Positions 38,920 to 49,554 of a DNA stretch of 64,000 nucleotides are shown in pieces. Every line of letters starts with the position of its first letter. Position 1 is the first letter of the stretch. The DNA is from an uncultured Anaerolineae bacterium (GTDB taxonomy: Bacteria; Chloroflexota; Anaerolineae; Anaerolineales; Villigracilaceae), in NCBI GenBank assembly GCA_903846015.1, contig CAIMZS010000460.1:40-64039 (forward strand), in the 5' to 3' direction. The notes below the pieces were generated by a model. It did not search any database. It had not been told where the DNA came from and saw only the letters and a program-made list of their open reading frames with translations. Made by a program: the position numbers and the translations under genes.

Positions 38920-38990
38920 CTGGGGCGCCAGGACTCGAACCTAGATACTCAGCTCCAAAGGCTGATGTGCTGCCGTTGCACCACACCCCA
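38920..38990 (-). tRNA. tRNA-Gln (anticodon UUG)
   Basis: The reverse complement folds as a cloverleaf. The acceptor stem is TGGGGTG/CGCCCCA and the D stem is GTGC/GCAC. The anticodon stem is TCAGC/GCTGA with loop CTTTGGA, placing the anticodon at 38956-38958. The T arm is CTAGG-TTCGAGT-CCTGG. No CCA is encoded. Confidence 0.85.
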
Positions 38991-39014
38991 ATAAGCGCGT
39001 CAAATTCTATCACA

Positions 39015-40064
39015 TTATTTATCGTACGCCGAGTCAGGAGTAAGACCCAAACGTGAGGCTTGCTCATAAGTTAACTTATCCGGCTCGCTAAAAGTCGTTC
39101 CCTGCTCCACAGCAGAATCCCAAAAGGAGTTTACATCGACAGCCTTCTTGCCGATCTGATCAAAGATATCCAGGAATTCGTTCGGCAAATCCTCCTGACG
39201 AGCCATAGGCTCATTAACGGTTGGATGCAGCGTTGGAAGTTCAGGTTCAGCAGTTGCAACTCCGATGCTTTTAAGCCTTTGCAACAACTCATCGCGAACT
39301 ACAAAAAGCACCTCCAAACGACTCGCCAACGTCCGGGCCTTCGCAATTCCCTTGCCAACCACCAGAATCGCATGCGCCGGCCCTACAGGCAGGAAAACGC
39401 CATCCATATTTTCGCCATCAAACAGATGTATATGGCTATCGGCATGGTTGATGATACTGGCAGCACGCTGGGCCGCATTAAACATACCCATTAGTGCTGA
39501 TATCATCGAAACAGAGCTGTTTGGATCAGGCAATTGACCAGCCTCGGCCTCAATATGACCCATATTGTTGATCAGCAGTACCGCCTGGGCATTTAAATCG
39601 GCCCGCAGATTAATCAACAACTCGCTAATTCCCTTGCGTTCCTGCTCCACCGGTGCACTTAACTTGCCTGTGTTACCAGTATGCAGGATCGTTCTGGCCA
39701 GGCCAAGCAAGCGTTCCACTGCGTCCAGAAAGTCTCCCATCGAGACCGGCTTCGAGAAAAAAGCATCTGAACTCGCCTCTGCAACCTGCCTAAGCAGCCG
39801 CGGGTCAGAAATACCCGTGATCATAATCACCTTGCCCTGCGGGTTCAAGGCACGAAATTTCTTCATCAACTCCAGGCCGTTTATACCCGGCAAGCGATAA
39901 TCAGCGATCAACAAATCTACCCTGATACGGCTTGCTTCCAAAAGGGCCTCTTCGCCAGATGGAGCCTCAGAAACCTTCAAACCCTTTTCGATCGTCTCAA
40001 GCGCAGAACGAAGCAAACGACTGACATCTCGTTGGTCGTCAACGATCAACACATGCTGCTGCAT
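39015..40064 (-). CDS. Response regulator with a Roadblock/LC7-like (MglB-like) central region and an acidic tail
   Basis: Receiver motifs VLIVDDQRDV and DLLIADYRLPGINGLEL. The following region, AVLLINNMGHIEAEAG...AILVVGKG, resembles Roadblock/LC7. Confidence 0.75.
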   Translation of the reverse strand: MQQHVLIVDDQRDVSRLLRSALETIEKGLKVSEAPSGEEALLEASRIRVDLLIADYRLPGINGLELMKKFRALNPQGKVIMITGISDPRLLRQVAEASSDAFFSKPVSMGDFLDAVERLLGLARTILHTGNTGKLSAPVEQERKGISELLINLRADLNAQAVLLINNMGHIEAEAGQLPDPNSSVSMISALMGMFNAAQRAASIINHADSHIHLFDGENMDGVFLPVGPAHAILVVGKGIAKARTLASRLEVLFVVRDELLQRLKSIGVATAEPELPTLHPTVNEPMARQEDLPNEFLDIFDQIGKKAVDVNSFWDSAVEQGTTFSEPDKLTYEQASRLGLTPDSAYDK

Positions 40065-40088
40065 CAGCTTACTCCAGGCAAGCGAGGC

Positions 40089-41090
40089 CTATGCTTTCCA
40101 ACACGCCACAAAATGGTCAGGTGCCGCCTCGCGAAATTCTGGCTCTTGTTGTGAGCAAATGCTGTCTGCAATCGGGCAGCGTGGATGGAAGCGGCAACCC
40201 TTCGGTGGATTAAGCGGGCTGGGGACATCGCCTTTAAGAATGGTGCGTTCGCGCTTAAGAGTCGGGTCTGGAATCGGAATAGCCGACATCAATGCTTTGG
40301 TATAAGGGTGCAATGCGTTGCGGAATAATTCATCCCGGTCGGCAAGTTCCACCACCTTACCCAAATACATGACTGCCACACGATCAGAAATATGCTCCAC
40401 CACACTCAAGTTGTGAGCAATAAACAAATAAGTCAGGCCGAACTCACCTTGCAAATCTTTGAGAATGTTGAGTACCTGTGACTGGATGGACACATCCAAC
40501 GCAGAAACTGGCTCATCACAGATGATGAATTTTGGATTCAATGCCAACGCGCGAGCAATCCCGATACGCTGGCGCTGTCCACCCGAAAATTCGTGCGGAT
40601 AACGACGTGCGTGGTAGTCTTCCAAACCCACTTTTTTGAGCGTATCAAGCATGATCTGGAAACGCTCTTTATGGGTACCAATGTGATGAATGTTTAACCC
40701 TTCCATGACCGACTCGCCAATGGGCATGCGCGGATCGAGCGATGCATAAGGATCCTGAAAAATGATCTGCATATTACGGCGCATCTCTTTCAGAGCCCTT
40801 GGGCGCATCTTAATAATATCTTCACCATTAAAAGACACCTCGCCGGAAGTGGGCTCGATCAGCCGTAAGATAGCGCGACCAACTGTAGTTTTTCCACAGC
40901 CTGACTCGCCCACCAGGCCAAGTGTTTCTCCAGCCTTGACACGCAAGTTGACTTTATCAACGGCCTGAACCTGGCCCACAACCCTCTGTAAAAGACCTGC
41001 GCGAACCGGAAAATACTTTACCAGGTCCTTGACAACCAGAAGATCGAATTTTTCATTGTTTTGCATTATTTTATCCATAGTACGCATCAC
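40089..41090 (-). CDS. Peptide ABC transporter ATP-binding protein (OppF/DppF-like)
   Basis: Walker [10 protein letters not shown], signature FSGGQRQR, Walker B FIICDEP, and a C-terminal oligopeptide-type extension. Confidence 0.9.
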   Translation of the reverse strand: MMRTMDKIMQNNEKFDLLVVKDLVKYFPVRAGLLQRVVGQVQAVDKVNLRVKAGETLGLVGESGCGKTTVGRAILRLIEPTSGEVSFNGEDIIKMRPRALKEMRRNMQIIFQDPYASLDPRMPIGESVMEGLNIHHIGTHKERFQIMLDTLKKVGLEDYHARRYPHEFSGGQRQRIGIARALALNPKFIICDEPVSALDVSIQSQVLNILKDLQGEFGLTYLFIAHNLSVVEHISDRVAVMYLGKVVELADRDELFRNALHPYTKALMSAIPIPDPTLKRERTILKGDVPSPLNPPKGCRFHPRCPIADSICSQQEPEFREAAPDHFVACWKA

Positions 41091-42133
41091 TTTTGGGAGG
41101 AAATACGATCGGAAGTAACCGGCGCAGCGGCTTGAGTCGCTGTGTCATAAAGCCAGCAGCGCACCATATGCTCGGGGGAGGCAGCCAAAAGCTCCGGCTC
41201 TTTCTCCACACAGATTGAAAGATGGTTTTCAACTCGCGCGCGGCAGCGCGGAGCAAACCGGCAGCCAGGAGGCAGATTGACCAGGTTGGGTACCGATCCT
41301 GGGATTACTTCCAAGCGTTCTTTCAGTTTACCAAGAACAGGGATGGAACCGATCAAGCCCTGGGTATAAGGATGCAGAGGGCGATCAAAAATAGTTACCG
41401 CATCGGCCTGTTCAACAATCCGACCAGCGTACATAACCGCCACGCGCTCAGCCATTTCGGCCACCACGCCCAGATCATGGGTAATCAAAATAATCGCGGT
41501 GCCGATATTTTTGCGCAGGTTCCGCATCAGATCCAAAATTTGCGCCTGGATGGTCACATCCAGAGCTGTGGTAGGCTCATCCGCGATCAACAGATCTGGC
41601 ACGCATGCCAGCGCCATGGCGATCATCACCCGCTGTGCCTGCCCACCGGAAAGCTCATGCGGATATGATTCAGCCCGGCGCTCGGGATCAGGAATGCCAA
41701 CCATCTTAAGCAGTTCCACGGCCCGGGCGCGTCCCATCACCTTGCCCATGCTCTGATGTATGCCGAGCACTTCGGCAATTTGATCACCTACTTTAAAGAC
41801 GGGGTTGAGAGCGGTTTGCGGCTGTTGAAAGATCATCGATACGCGGTTGCCGCGCACCTTGATCATTTCTTCTTCACTGGCCTTTACCAGATCCTTGCCC
41901 TCAAAAATGATTTCGCCAGAGATGATCTTGCCTGGTTGGCTGATCAAACGCATGATCGAAAGAGATGTAACACTCTTTCCACAACCAGATTCACCTACCA
42001 GCCCCATCACTTCGCCTTGATTAACGTGAAAATCCACTCCATCAACGGCCCTCACCACGCCGTCTTCGGTGTAGAAATACGTTTTGAGATTTTTTACTTC
42101 AAGAAGTGGTTGTTTTACATTCGTCTCAGTCAC
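41087..42133 (-). CDS. Peptide ABC transporter ATP-binding protein (OppD/DppD-like)
   Basis: [17 protein letters not shown] and [12 protein letters not shown]. There is a 4-nt overlap with the downstream ATPase gene. Confidence 0.9.
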   Translation of the reverse strand: MTETNVKQPLLEVKNLKTYFYTEDGVVRAVDGVDFHVNQGEVMGLVGESGCGKSVTSLSIMRLISQPGKIISGEIIFEGKDLVKASEEEMIKVRGNRVSMIFQQPQTALNPVFKVGDQIAEVLGIHQSMGKVMGRARAVELLKMVGIPDPERRAESYPHELSGGQAQRVMIAMALACVPDLLIADEPTTALDVTIQAQILDLMRNLRKNIGTAIILITHDLGVVAEMAERVAVMYAGRIVEQADAVTIFDRPLHPYTQGLIGSIPVLGKLKERLEVIPGSVPNLVNLPPGCRFAPRCRARVENHLSICVEKEPELLAASPEHMVRCWLYDTATQAAAPVTSDRISSQK

Positions 42134-42182
42134 AGGAATGCTCCTAAAAAAAGGCTAAAATCCAATGGTATCAACACTAGTG

Positions 42183-43172
42183 TTAGAGTTTCAGACGGGG
42201 ATCGAGTGCGTCACGCAAGCCATCACCTATGAAGTTAAAGCACAAAGAACACAGGAAAATAGGCAAACCCGGTACCAACGGCAGCCACGGCTTGTCAAAC
42301 ATAAACTCTTGTGTGGCTGAGAGCATATTTCCCCAGGTGGGAATTGGATCCTGAATGCCAAATCCCAAGAAAGACAGCGCGGCCTCAGCTACAACATAAC
42401 CCGCCATATTCAGCGAAGCATCCACAATAATAGGCGCCATGGCATTGGGGATCATGTGACTGAATATAATCTGAAAATCTGTAGCGCCCAACGAGCGAGC
42501 TGCTTCCACGAAAGTTTGCTCGCGTAGTGAAAGCACCGTACCACGCATAAGCTGGGCAGCCGACATCCAACCAAACCCGGATAAGACGGCAATAATCAAG
42601 ACGGCCTGACGAGCTTCAGTAGGCCTCAACAACATGATCTGACCCATGGCCCATAGAACAGGCTTGGGGATTGGAATCAGCTCAGGATTTTGCAACAACA
42701 AAGAAGATACAATCAACAGCAACGGCAGCGTGGGAATAGTAATGAAAAACTCTACAAAACGCATCAACACAGCGTCAATGATGCCTCCATAGAAACCGGA
42801 ATAGGCACCCACGATCACACCGACAATTTCCGAAATAAACACCGACATAAAAGCGACGGTCAAAGAAATGCGTCCTGCATATAAAACACGCGAGAAATAA
42901 TCCCGACCGATATGATCCGTACCAAGCCAATGAATTTTGCCGGTATCTGCATCCTTTGCGCCAAAAGGTAGGAAATAATTCCCAACCGCCAAATCACCCG
43001 CCTTGAAAGGAGCAATATTTTTAACAAAAATGGAGGAGAGAAAGATCAATATGATCACCGCCATCGAAATCATCGCCAACCTGTGGCGACTGAAACGCTT
43101 AAGCACCAGAGCCGCGGGGCTCTCTTCCTTCATCGTATTATCAGTAGAAAAAGTAGCAAGCTGATTAGTCAT
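42183..43172 (-). CDS. Peptide ABC transporter permease (OppC-like)
   Basis: A polytopic protein with the EAA-loop context FVEAARSLGATDFQIIFSHMIPN. Confidence 0.9.
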   Translation of the reverse strand: MTNQLATFSTDNTMKEESPAALVLKRFSRHRLAMISMAVIILIFLSSIFVKNIAPFKAGDLAVGNYFLPFGAKDADTGKIHWLGTDHIGRDYFSRVLYAGRISLTVAFMSVFISEIVGVIVGAYSGFYGGIIDAVLMRFVEFFITIPTLPLLLIVSSLLLQNPELIPIPKPVLWAMGQIMLLRPTEARQAVLIIAVLSGFGWMSAAQLMRGTVLSLREQTFVEAARSLGATDFQIIFSHMIPNAMAPIIVDASLNMAGYVVAEAALSFLGFGIQDPIPTWGNMLSATQEFMFDKPWLPLVPGLPIFLCSLCFNFIGDGLRDALDPRLKL

Positions 43173-43205
43173 ACCAATTCTCCAGGGGAACAGCAGAACC
43201 CATCT

Positions 43206-44393
43206 TTACGAAAAACGAATACGCGGGTCAACCGCTGTATAGAGAACGTCCCTCAACAGGGTCGCAATCACGGTCAGTACTGCCGTGATAAACAGAATAG
43301 CCATATTGACCGGATAATCGTAATTTCCAAGCGACTGGATGTACAAACGTCCCATGCCAGGCCAGGAGAAAACCGATTCCGTAATGATCGCGCCGCCAAA
43401 CAGCCCGGGTATTGAAAAGACAATGATCGTGACAAAGGGAATGAGCGCGTTACGCAGAGCGTGCTTGATGATCACGACCTGCTCAGTCAAACCCTTGGCG
43501 CGGGCCGTGCGCACATAGTCCTGACGGAGAACATCCAGCATACTGGCACGGATAAAGCGGCTCCATCCCGATACGCTGACAAAGACCAAAACAGAGACTG
43601 GCATGATCAGGTGCAGCACCTTATCCAGCAATGAGCCGCCCTGAACCACGCCAAACATGGGAATACTATAATCACGTACAGCTTCCGAACTGCCCGGGGG
43701 CAAATAAGGCCATCCGGCCATTTTTGGAATGACAGACAGGAACAGAATCAGCAAAATTCCAAAGAAAAAAGTGGGCATGGCCGAACCCATGAAGGCCATG
43801 CTGGTGAAAAAATAATCGAAACGCGAATATTGCTTTACCGCCGAATAGATTCCCAACGGAATCCCGATAATTAAGGAAAGGATAAGCACAATTAACAACA
43901 GTTCAATCGTTTTCGGCAGACGGCTGAGCAAAAGTTCCGAAACCGGCTGGCCGCGATTTGTCGTCCAGGATACACCAAAATCCCCAAATAAAACCCCGTT
44001 ACTGTTCTTACGCCCCACCAGGTTGGCGAGCGTCACGTTTTCCTTGCAGCCAATAACCTGAATATTGCCTTCACTATCAGGCGCTTCCAGTGGTTTGCGG
44101 CAGCCTACCACCACATTCGCAAAAAATTCCCGCCCGGCAATCGTGAGCGGCCCGCGTGGCTGTCCAATAAACCAGCGCGAAAAACGAATGGGCAGGTCTA
44201 AATCCAGTTCAAAATTTGCGCGGATACGGGCAATATCCTCTTCGGTAATCCGAAAGCGGGCGTTTTGCGTCACCTGCCCAAGACCCGCCAAAGGCCCACC
44301 CGGTGCCAAATTTAGCAGGGCGTAAGAAACAAGCGCCGAGAGAAAAACGACGATAATCATCTGAAAGAAACGGCGGATCAGGTATCCAGACAT
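43206..44393 (-). CDS. Peptide ABC transporter permease (OppB-like, with an enlarged periplasmic loop)
   Basis: An MSGYLIRRFFQMIIVVF start and the EAA-loop YVRTARAKGLTEQVVIIKHALRN. Confidence 0.9.
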   Translation of the reverse strand: MSGYLIRRFFQMIIVVFLSALVSYALLNLAPGGPLAGLGQVTQNARFRITEEDIARIRANFELDLDLPIRFSRWFIGQPRGPLTIAGREFFANVVVGCRKPLEAPDSEGNIQVIGCKENVTLANLVGRKNSNGVLFGDFGVSWTTNRGQPVSELLLSRLPKTIELLLIVLILSLIIGIPLGIYSAVKQYSRFDYFFTSMAFMGSAMPTFFFGILLILFLSVIPKMAGWPYLPPGSSEAVRDYSIPMFGVVQGGSLLDKVLHLIMPVSVLVFVSVSGWSRFIRASMLDVLRQDYVRTARAKGLTEQVVIIKHALRNALIPFVTIIVFSIPGLFGGAIITESVFSWPGMGRLYIQSLGNYDYPVNMAILFITAVLTVIATLLRDVLYTAVDPRIRFS

Positions 44394-44521
44394 GGCACAC
44401 TCGCATGAAATTCTAAGAACCGGCAAAAAGAACCACTGAAGGATAAAGTATGGATGTGATGCGCGCTTTCACACGCACCACATCCAATTTTAAAAATTTA
44501 ACCTAACAGGTTCGTCAGAAG

Positions 44522-46486
44522 TTACTTGAGCCACATGTTGATGTCAATGTGTTCCCAGGTCGCAGAAGGAGCCAGGAAGAGAACGATCTTACCCGCATCC
44601 GCAGCATCCTTAAGAGTCTGGCTGAGGCTGACCAGGCTGGTTGTGTCGAGCAGGTCGACTCCACCGGCCAACAGTTGAGCTTCGGCATTCTCAGGGGCTA
44701 CAATCAGAATGGTGATGTTCTTGGTCTTGGGCGCAGTGCCGTAGAAATAGGGGTTGACTGAATACTTAATGAACTCGCCCTTCTTCCACTCGGTGATCAT
44801 GTACGGACCAACATCCATCGGGTTGGTGGTAATTTCGGGCAGGCTGATGAAGTCCTTAGGAGCAACCTCAGACAACTTCTTGCCCTTGTTAGCGCCTTCA
44901 CTCTCAACAACCCGGTGAGCCGGGTACCAGCCAAATGGAGCCAGGAAGTAGAGCGGATCCTGACGACCGGGCAGCCAGACAATGGTGTAGCTCAGGCCGC
45001 TGAAGGTAGCTTTCTGAACCATGTCGCAAGTGATATAAGAGGTCGCGCCGACTTCCTTGTCGCATGTGACCTTGTAGCCCAGTTCGAGGTCTTCCTGAGC
45101 CAGCGGGACGCCATCCGAGAATTTCATGCCATCAACGAATTCATACTTGACGGTCATCTGCTTCATCGAGATCGGGTCGCCCTTGAATTCAACTTCGGCG
45201 CCAGTGGAGTCCTTGATTTTCTGAACTGGGGAGGCCGCGGCATCCAGGGTGACGATATTACCATTTGAGTCAACAACCTTATCGCCGGCCTTGACCTGTA
45301 CGTCAACATTAGTAGCGGCACCATTTTCGATGGTGGCGAGTTGTTTCTGCTCACGCGGTTGGTAGTCATAGTTCTGGCTTGTATAAGCAAGGCCGCTGAC
45401 TAACTGACCGGCAACATAAGCAACATAGGCATTGTCTACGAGCGTGAAGAGCGAGGAAGGCTCCTGGGTAAAGCCAAGCACGATGTTGGTTTTGCCCTTG
45501 ATTTCCCAGGCTTCAGGATTCCAGGTGTAGTAATCTGCATCGCCAGGAGCAATGCTCAAGCCGGCGAATTCCTTATTCCAGGCATAGTAGCTGGCACGAT
45601 TGAAGAGCGGGATACTCGGAACATCTTTGGTAAATTCCTGCTGGACGATCTTGTAAGCGGCAGTACGATCGGCCTTGATCAGGGTGTTGTTGGCGAGTTT
45701 GATGTTATCAGAGGCCAGCTGGTTGCACCAGCCCATGGCATTCTGACCGCTCCAGGCATTTTCAACAGTTGGGATCGAGCTGCAGGCGTATAGATCCTGT
45801 CCACCCGGATCAGTCTGTCCGACCCAGGCAAAAGCACCCAGTTCGTAGTCACGGCGCTTGACACCAGTCTGAGCGCCAAACCACCAGGAAGCGGGTACGT
45901 GCTGGCGGATGATCAGAACACCGCAATCCAACATCTGCTTCTCCCAAACGGCCGCCCAGGTCTGGCGGAATTTGGCATTGGTGGTGGTGAAGTGCAGCGT
46001 CATGGGTTGGTCACTGACAGCAGGATTGTAGCGGAAGCCATCATCAGCATTCAGCTTCCAGCCAGCTTCTTCCAATAAAGCGGCGCCCTTCGCAGGGTCG
46101 AAGGGATAGACAGTGATATTCGCATCACCGGCATAAGCCCAGGAAGTCGACGGGATGAAAGTGTTCATCGGGAGTGTGGCGTTTTGCTCAGCGCTCTGAA
46201 GCGGATAAGCCGCCTTGACAAGATCTGCCTTATTGGTGCAGTAAGCCAGCGCCTGGCGCACCTTCACATCGCTCAGGATCGGGTGTGGGGTGGTGAAGGA
46301 AAGCTTGGCTGCTTCAGGAGCCGCGGTCGCAACGACGATCTGAGCCGGCTGAGTAGCGCCAGGAACCACAACGGTTTCTTTAACGATCACAGGTGCAGCA
46401 ACTGTGGCAGGTGCGCCGCAAGCGCCAAGAAGCATGCTGGCGATAAGCACCAGCCCAAATACGGTCAATAAACGATTTCGTAACAT
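44522..46486 (-). CDS. ABC transporter substrate-binding protein, family 5 (peptide/nickel type)
   Basis: Signal plus lipobox (LLGACG). Size and composition fit a family-5 binding protein, and it is adjacent to the permeases. Confidence 0.85.
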   Translation of the reverse strand: MLRNRLLTVFGLVLIASMLLGACGAPATVAAPVIVKETVVVPGATQPAQIVVATAAPEAAKLSFTTPHPILSDVKVRQALAYCTNKADLVKAAYPLQSAEQNATLPMNTFIPSTSWAYAGDANITVYPFDPAKGAALLEEAGWKLNADDGFRYNPAVSDQPMTLHFTTTNAKFRQTWAAVWEKQMLDCGVLIIRQHVPASWWFGAQTGVKRRDYELGAFAWVGQTDPGGQDLYACSSIPTVENAWSGQNAMGWCNQLASDNIKLANNTLIKADRTAAYKIVQQEFTKDVPSIPLFNRASYYAWNKEFAGLSIAPGDADYYTWNPEAWEIKGKTNIVLGFTQEPSSLFTLVDNAYVAYVAGQLVSGLAYTSQNYDYQPREQKQLATIENGAATNVDVQVKAGDKVVDSNGNIVTLDAAASPVQKIKDSTGAEVEFKGDPISMKQMTVKYEFVDGMKFSDGVPLAQEDLELGYKVTCDKEVGATSYITCDMVQKATFSGLSYTIVWLPGRQDPLYFLAPFGWYPAHRVVESEGANKGKKLSEVAPKDFISLPEITTNPMDVGPYMITEWKKGEFIKYSVNPYFYGTAPKTKNITILIVAPENAEAQLLAGGVDLLDTTSLVSLSQTLKDAADAGKIVLFLAPSATWEHIDINMWLK

Positions 46487-46744
46487 GTAGTTCTCCTCCT
46501 AGAGAAAAGTGAATACGAACAGAATAGGGTAATGGGAAATACAAATGACACTGTCAGATAACCACCTCCTTGCTTGGGTTTACAAAAATGGTATCTCGGG
46601 TGGATATAAGTAACATACAAGTACCAATATAGCACAAGGATTTTATCGCGTCAAGAAAAACAGTCATTCCGGAATACAGATGGTCATTCCAGGCAGTCTA
46701 TCAGATTGATTGGCGCCAGTTATACTACACCCGTTCTTATTCGG

Positions 46745-48730
46745 CTAGCCACCGCAGCTTGGACCATAATCCAATTCGCCCAAGTTCCACAAATCGTTGC
46801 TGGCAAAGGCATCCAGGCTAAAATTACACATGTCGCGGCGGGTGGCGGCAACTTTGATACGCATATACAATGGGACGGACGGCAGATCATTCGCAAAGAT
46901 TACCTGCGCCGCGGCATACCCATCCAGGTAATCTTGTTTTCCGGGTAGGCTGCGCATTGCTTTTCGGCAAAGCGTATCATAATCGGTGTTGAAATAACCG
47001 CTGATATTGACCCCCAACCATTTGTTTTCCTTTGTGGGGATCTGATCGCTTGTAAACCAGGCGCACGGCGGCTCGGTACCCAGGGTGCCAATGGCATACT
47101 CAGCCAGATCAAATTTTCGTCCAAATAAAAGGCCATCCGGTCCGGGAGCATATAATTCATCCTGGCTGTAATATTTAATATTAACGCCCACCCCGCATTG
47201 CGCCAATGACTTGGCCAGAATCTCGCTCACCTGACGGCGCTGCAGCGCCGCAGTCGTCCAATAATTTAATACCAGGGGGGTACCACTGGTCACACCCTTC
47301 ACAGAAAGCGCCACCCGCGGAGTAGCGGGATTATCATCATGATCCACCCAGCCTGCCTTCTCAAGCGCCGCAATGCCCAGGTTGATATCAAATGGATACT
47401 TGACAGTTGTTGCATTAAATAATGGATGCAGTGGGGATACAAACGTATCCGGAACCTGTGAAATACCCCCCAAGACCGTATTGACCACTTTTTGTCTATC
47501 CAAACAGTAGGCAATCCCCTGGCGCGTGCCAATATCACCAAAAATATCCTGGCGGTCACCACCAACGGATGAATAGCCGTCATCATACGAAGCCGGGCGA
47601 ATACCAAAATCAAGACGTTCGATCAAAGGAGTGGTCGATGTCACCAACTTGACCTGTTCGTTACGCTGAAGTTCCGTTAATAAGTCAATTTCGCCATCAA
47701 GACGCAGGCTGGTATCCAACACATCACACTGCCCCGCGATCAAGGCACTGATGCCGGAGGAAGCATCCTTTACAAAACGAAAAGTAAGGTTTTCAAAGCG
47801 CGGAAGCCCTTCGCCGCCTCGAAAATAAGCGGGATTCTTCTCCAGATGAATATACTCACCAACCGCCCATTCTTTGAAGATATAGGGCCCCCAACCTACG
47901 GGAGGATGGGCAACGAAATCACCCTTGGCAAGTTCAGCCGCGGATATTTTTTCCCACAGGTGTTTGGGAAGCGGCGACCAAAAATTCTCGGCGTAGCTTG
48001 GGTCAACAAAACCGGGCAGCCCCCACCACTGCACCGTTTGTTCATCAACAGCCTCGTAGGCACTGGTACGGTCAACCTTGTATTTGGAACCTGGAGTGGC
48101 GGCATCAGATGCCAGTGTAAAAGCAAAGACTGAATCGGCAGAGGTCAACGCAGCCCCATCCGACCAACTCAACTTCGGCAGCAGGCGAAAAGTGACCACC
48201 AACTGATCCATTTTTAGATCAGTGCGGCCATCGTACTTGACGGCGCAGGCATCTTCGGCGCAACCACTCGGATAAACGGTGACGCCAACATCAAGCACAG
48301 CACGGTTGCCAGCCGCATCAATCACAGGCTGTCCGCGTTTCACAATGACGGATGCCAGTTGGGCATCGTTATTTTCAAGAGAGGGAATCTTTTCCAGGAT
48401 AGTGGGCTGATAGCCATTGGTAAAAACGTTGATGGGACCATCATAAATGGCGCCCAGCACACTCCGCGCAGCCGAGTTCAAGATCCCGAACCGGTACAGG
48501 CTATTAGGCTCCTGGCCTAGACAAACCGTCAGCGTGCGCGGCAGTGCCGGGGCTGCGCTGGGCACTGGCTGCGGGGTGGCAACCTCAGTTTGATTTGGAG
48601 CAGGCGTGGCGGTTGTCCCCGCTGCCGCACTGCAGGCTGAAAGCGCCAATCCCAGCATGAGAAGAAGAATAATGAAATAGTCTCGTTCTTTTATCGGGGC
48701 GATAAAATTTCGGTTCCTGAACATGGGCAT
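46745..48730 (-). CDS. Second ABC transporter substrate-binding protein, family 5
   Basis: Signal plus lipobox (LALSACS), 661 aa, with family-5-like segments (GPYIFKEW, HLEKNPAYF). Confidence 0.85.
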   Translation of the reverse strand: MPMFRNRNFIAPIKERDYFIILLLMLGLALSACSAAAGTTATPAPNQTEVATPQPVPSAAPALPRTLTVCLGQEPNSLYRFGILNSAARSVLGAIYDGPINVFTNGYQPTILEKIPSLENNDAQLASVIVKRGQPVIDAAGNRAVLDVGVTVYPSGCAEDACAVKYDGRTDLKMDQLVVTFRLLPKLSWSDGAALTSADSVFAFTLASDAATPGSKYKVDRTSAYEAVDEQTVQWWGLPGFVDPSYAENFWSPLPKHLWEKISAAELAKGDFVAHPPVGWGPYIFKEWAVGEYIHLEKNPAYFRGGEGLPRFENLTFRFVKDASSGISALIAGQCDVLDTSLRLDGEIDLLTELQRNEQVKLVTSTTPLIERLDFGIRPASYDDGYSSVGGDRQDIFGDIGTRQGIAYCLDRQKVVNTVLGGISQVPDTFVSPLHPLFNATTVKYPFDINLGIAALEKAGWVDHDDNPATPRVALSVKGVTSGTPLVLNYWTTAALQRRQVSEILAKSLAQCGVGVNIKYYSQDELYAPGPDGLLFGRKFDLAEYAIGTLGTEPPCAWFTSDQIPTKENKWLGVNISGYFNTDYDTLCRKAMRSLPGKQDYLDGYAAAQVIFANDLPSVPLYMRIKVAATRRDMCNFSLDAFASNDLWNLGELDYGPSCGG

Positions 48731-48830
48731 CTCCGCTAAAAACAGGCTTCTAACATACCCGAATCCTATCCTATCCTATCTTATCCATTCAAGCAAGCAC
48801 AGACCGGATCCGGTATAGTGAAATCATTAG

Positions 48831-48859
48831 TTGACATTCCATACCCAAAATAGTACAAT
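48831..48859 (+). promoter_or_regulatory. Sigma-70-type promoter for mscL
   Basis: TTGACA (48831-48836), a 17-nt spacer, then TACAAT (48854-48859). It is followed by an AAGGAGAAAG Shine-Dalgarno sequence and GTG 48888. Confidence 0.5.
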
Positions 48860-48887
48860 TCAGACAAATCTTATCAAGGAGAAAGCC

Positions 48888-49325
48888 GTGTTAAAAGAAT
48901 TCAGGGAATTTGCTCTACGAGGCAACGTAATTGACCTGGCAGTCGGTGTGATCATCGGTGGTGCCTTTGGCAAGATTGTAACCTCGCTGGTCAATGACAT
49001 CATCATGCCTCCGATTGGTATGTTTCTCGGACACATGAATTTCACCGACCTTTTTATCGACCTGTCCGGGAAGGGCTATGCCTCACTGGCAGATGCCAAA
49101 GCCGCTGGCGCAGCCACGCTTAACTATGGCTTATTTCTAAATACTACTTTAGATTTTCTGATCGTCGCATTTGTTGTATTTATTCTTATCCGCCAGGTAA
49201 ACCGGCTAAAAAAACCGGAGCCCGTTGCCTCAGCCGCTCCACCATCCACCAAAACCTGTCCCCACTGTTTCACCGAGATATCTATCAAAGCCACACGCTG
49301 TCCAAACTGTACATCTCAACTTTAG
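48888..49325 (+). CDS. mscL: Large-conductance mechanosensitive channel MscL with a C-terminal zinc-ribbon tail
   Basis: [31 protein letters not shown] is the canonical N-terminus. Two TM segments follow, and the tail is [18 protein letters not shown]. The GTG start has a strong Shine-Dalgarno sequence. Confidence 0.9.
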   Translation: MLKEFREFALRGNVIDLAVGVIIGGAFGKIVTSLVNDIIMPPIGMFLGHMNFTDLFIDLSGKGYASLADAKAAGAATLNYGLFLNTTLDFLIVAFVVFILIRQVNRLKKPEPVASAAPPSTKTCPHCFTEISIKATRCPNCTSQL

Positions 49326-49365
49326 TACCTCTAAAGTTGGATTTTGCACAAAAGCATGAAATTAT

Positions 49366-49400
49366 CCGATCCTGTACAAAGATGTACAGGATCGGTATTT
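49366..49400 (+). terminator. Rho-independent terminator after mscL
   Basis: CCGATCCTGTACA-AAGA-TGTACAGGATCGG forms a 13-bp perfect stem and is followed by TATTT. Confidence 0.6.
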
Positions 49401-49554
49401 AAAACGTTTTGGAGGCAGACCCTGGTTCTTGTGAAGATGTGGATAAACCTGAGCATAATAGCCAGATGAAACCGGGTTGAAAATACAACTTGGCGATTCA
49501 GTTTATCCAGCTTGTTCCTGGTCAGGTCATTGACAATACTTGGCGCTGGTAAAG

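Noticed and set aside
38817-39014. tRNA-Gln as a possible integration hotspot or genomic-island boundary.
   Set aside because: There is no integrase, no direct repeat of the tRNA 3' end and no compositional shift on either side. The flanking genes are glmU and a response regulator.
48764-48786. The pentanucleotide run CCTATCCTATCCTATCTTATCC upstream of the second binding-protein gene.
   Set aside because: There are only about 4 imperfect units. That is too short to call a functional microsatellite without population data.
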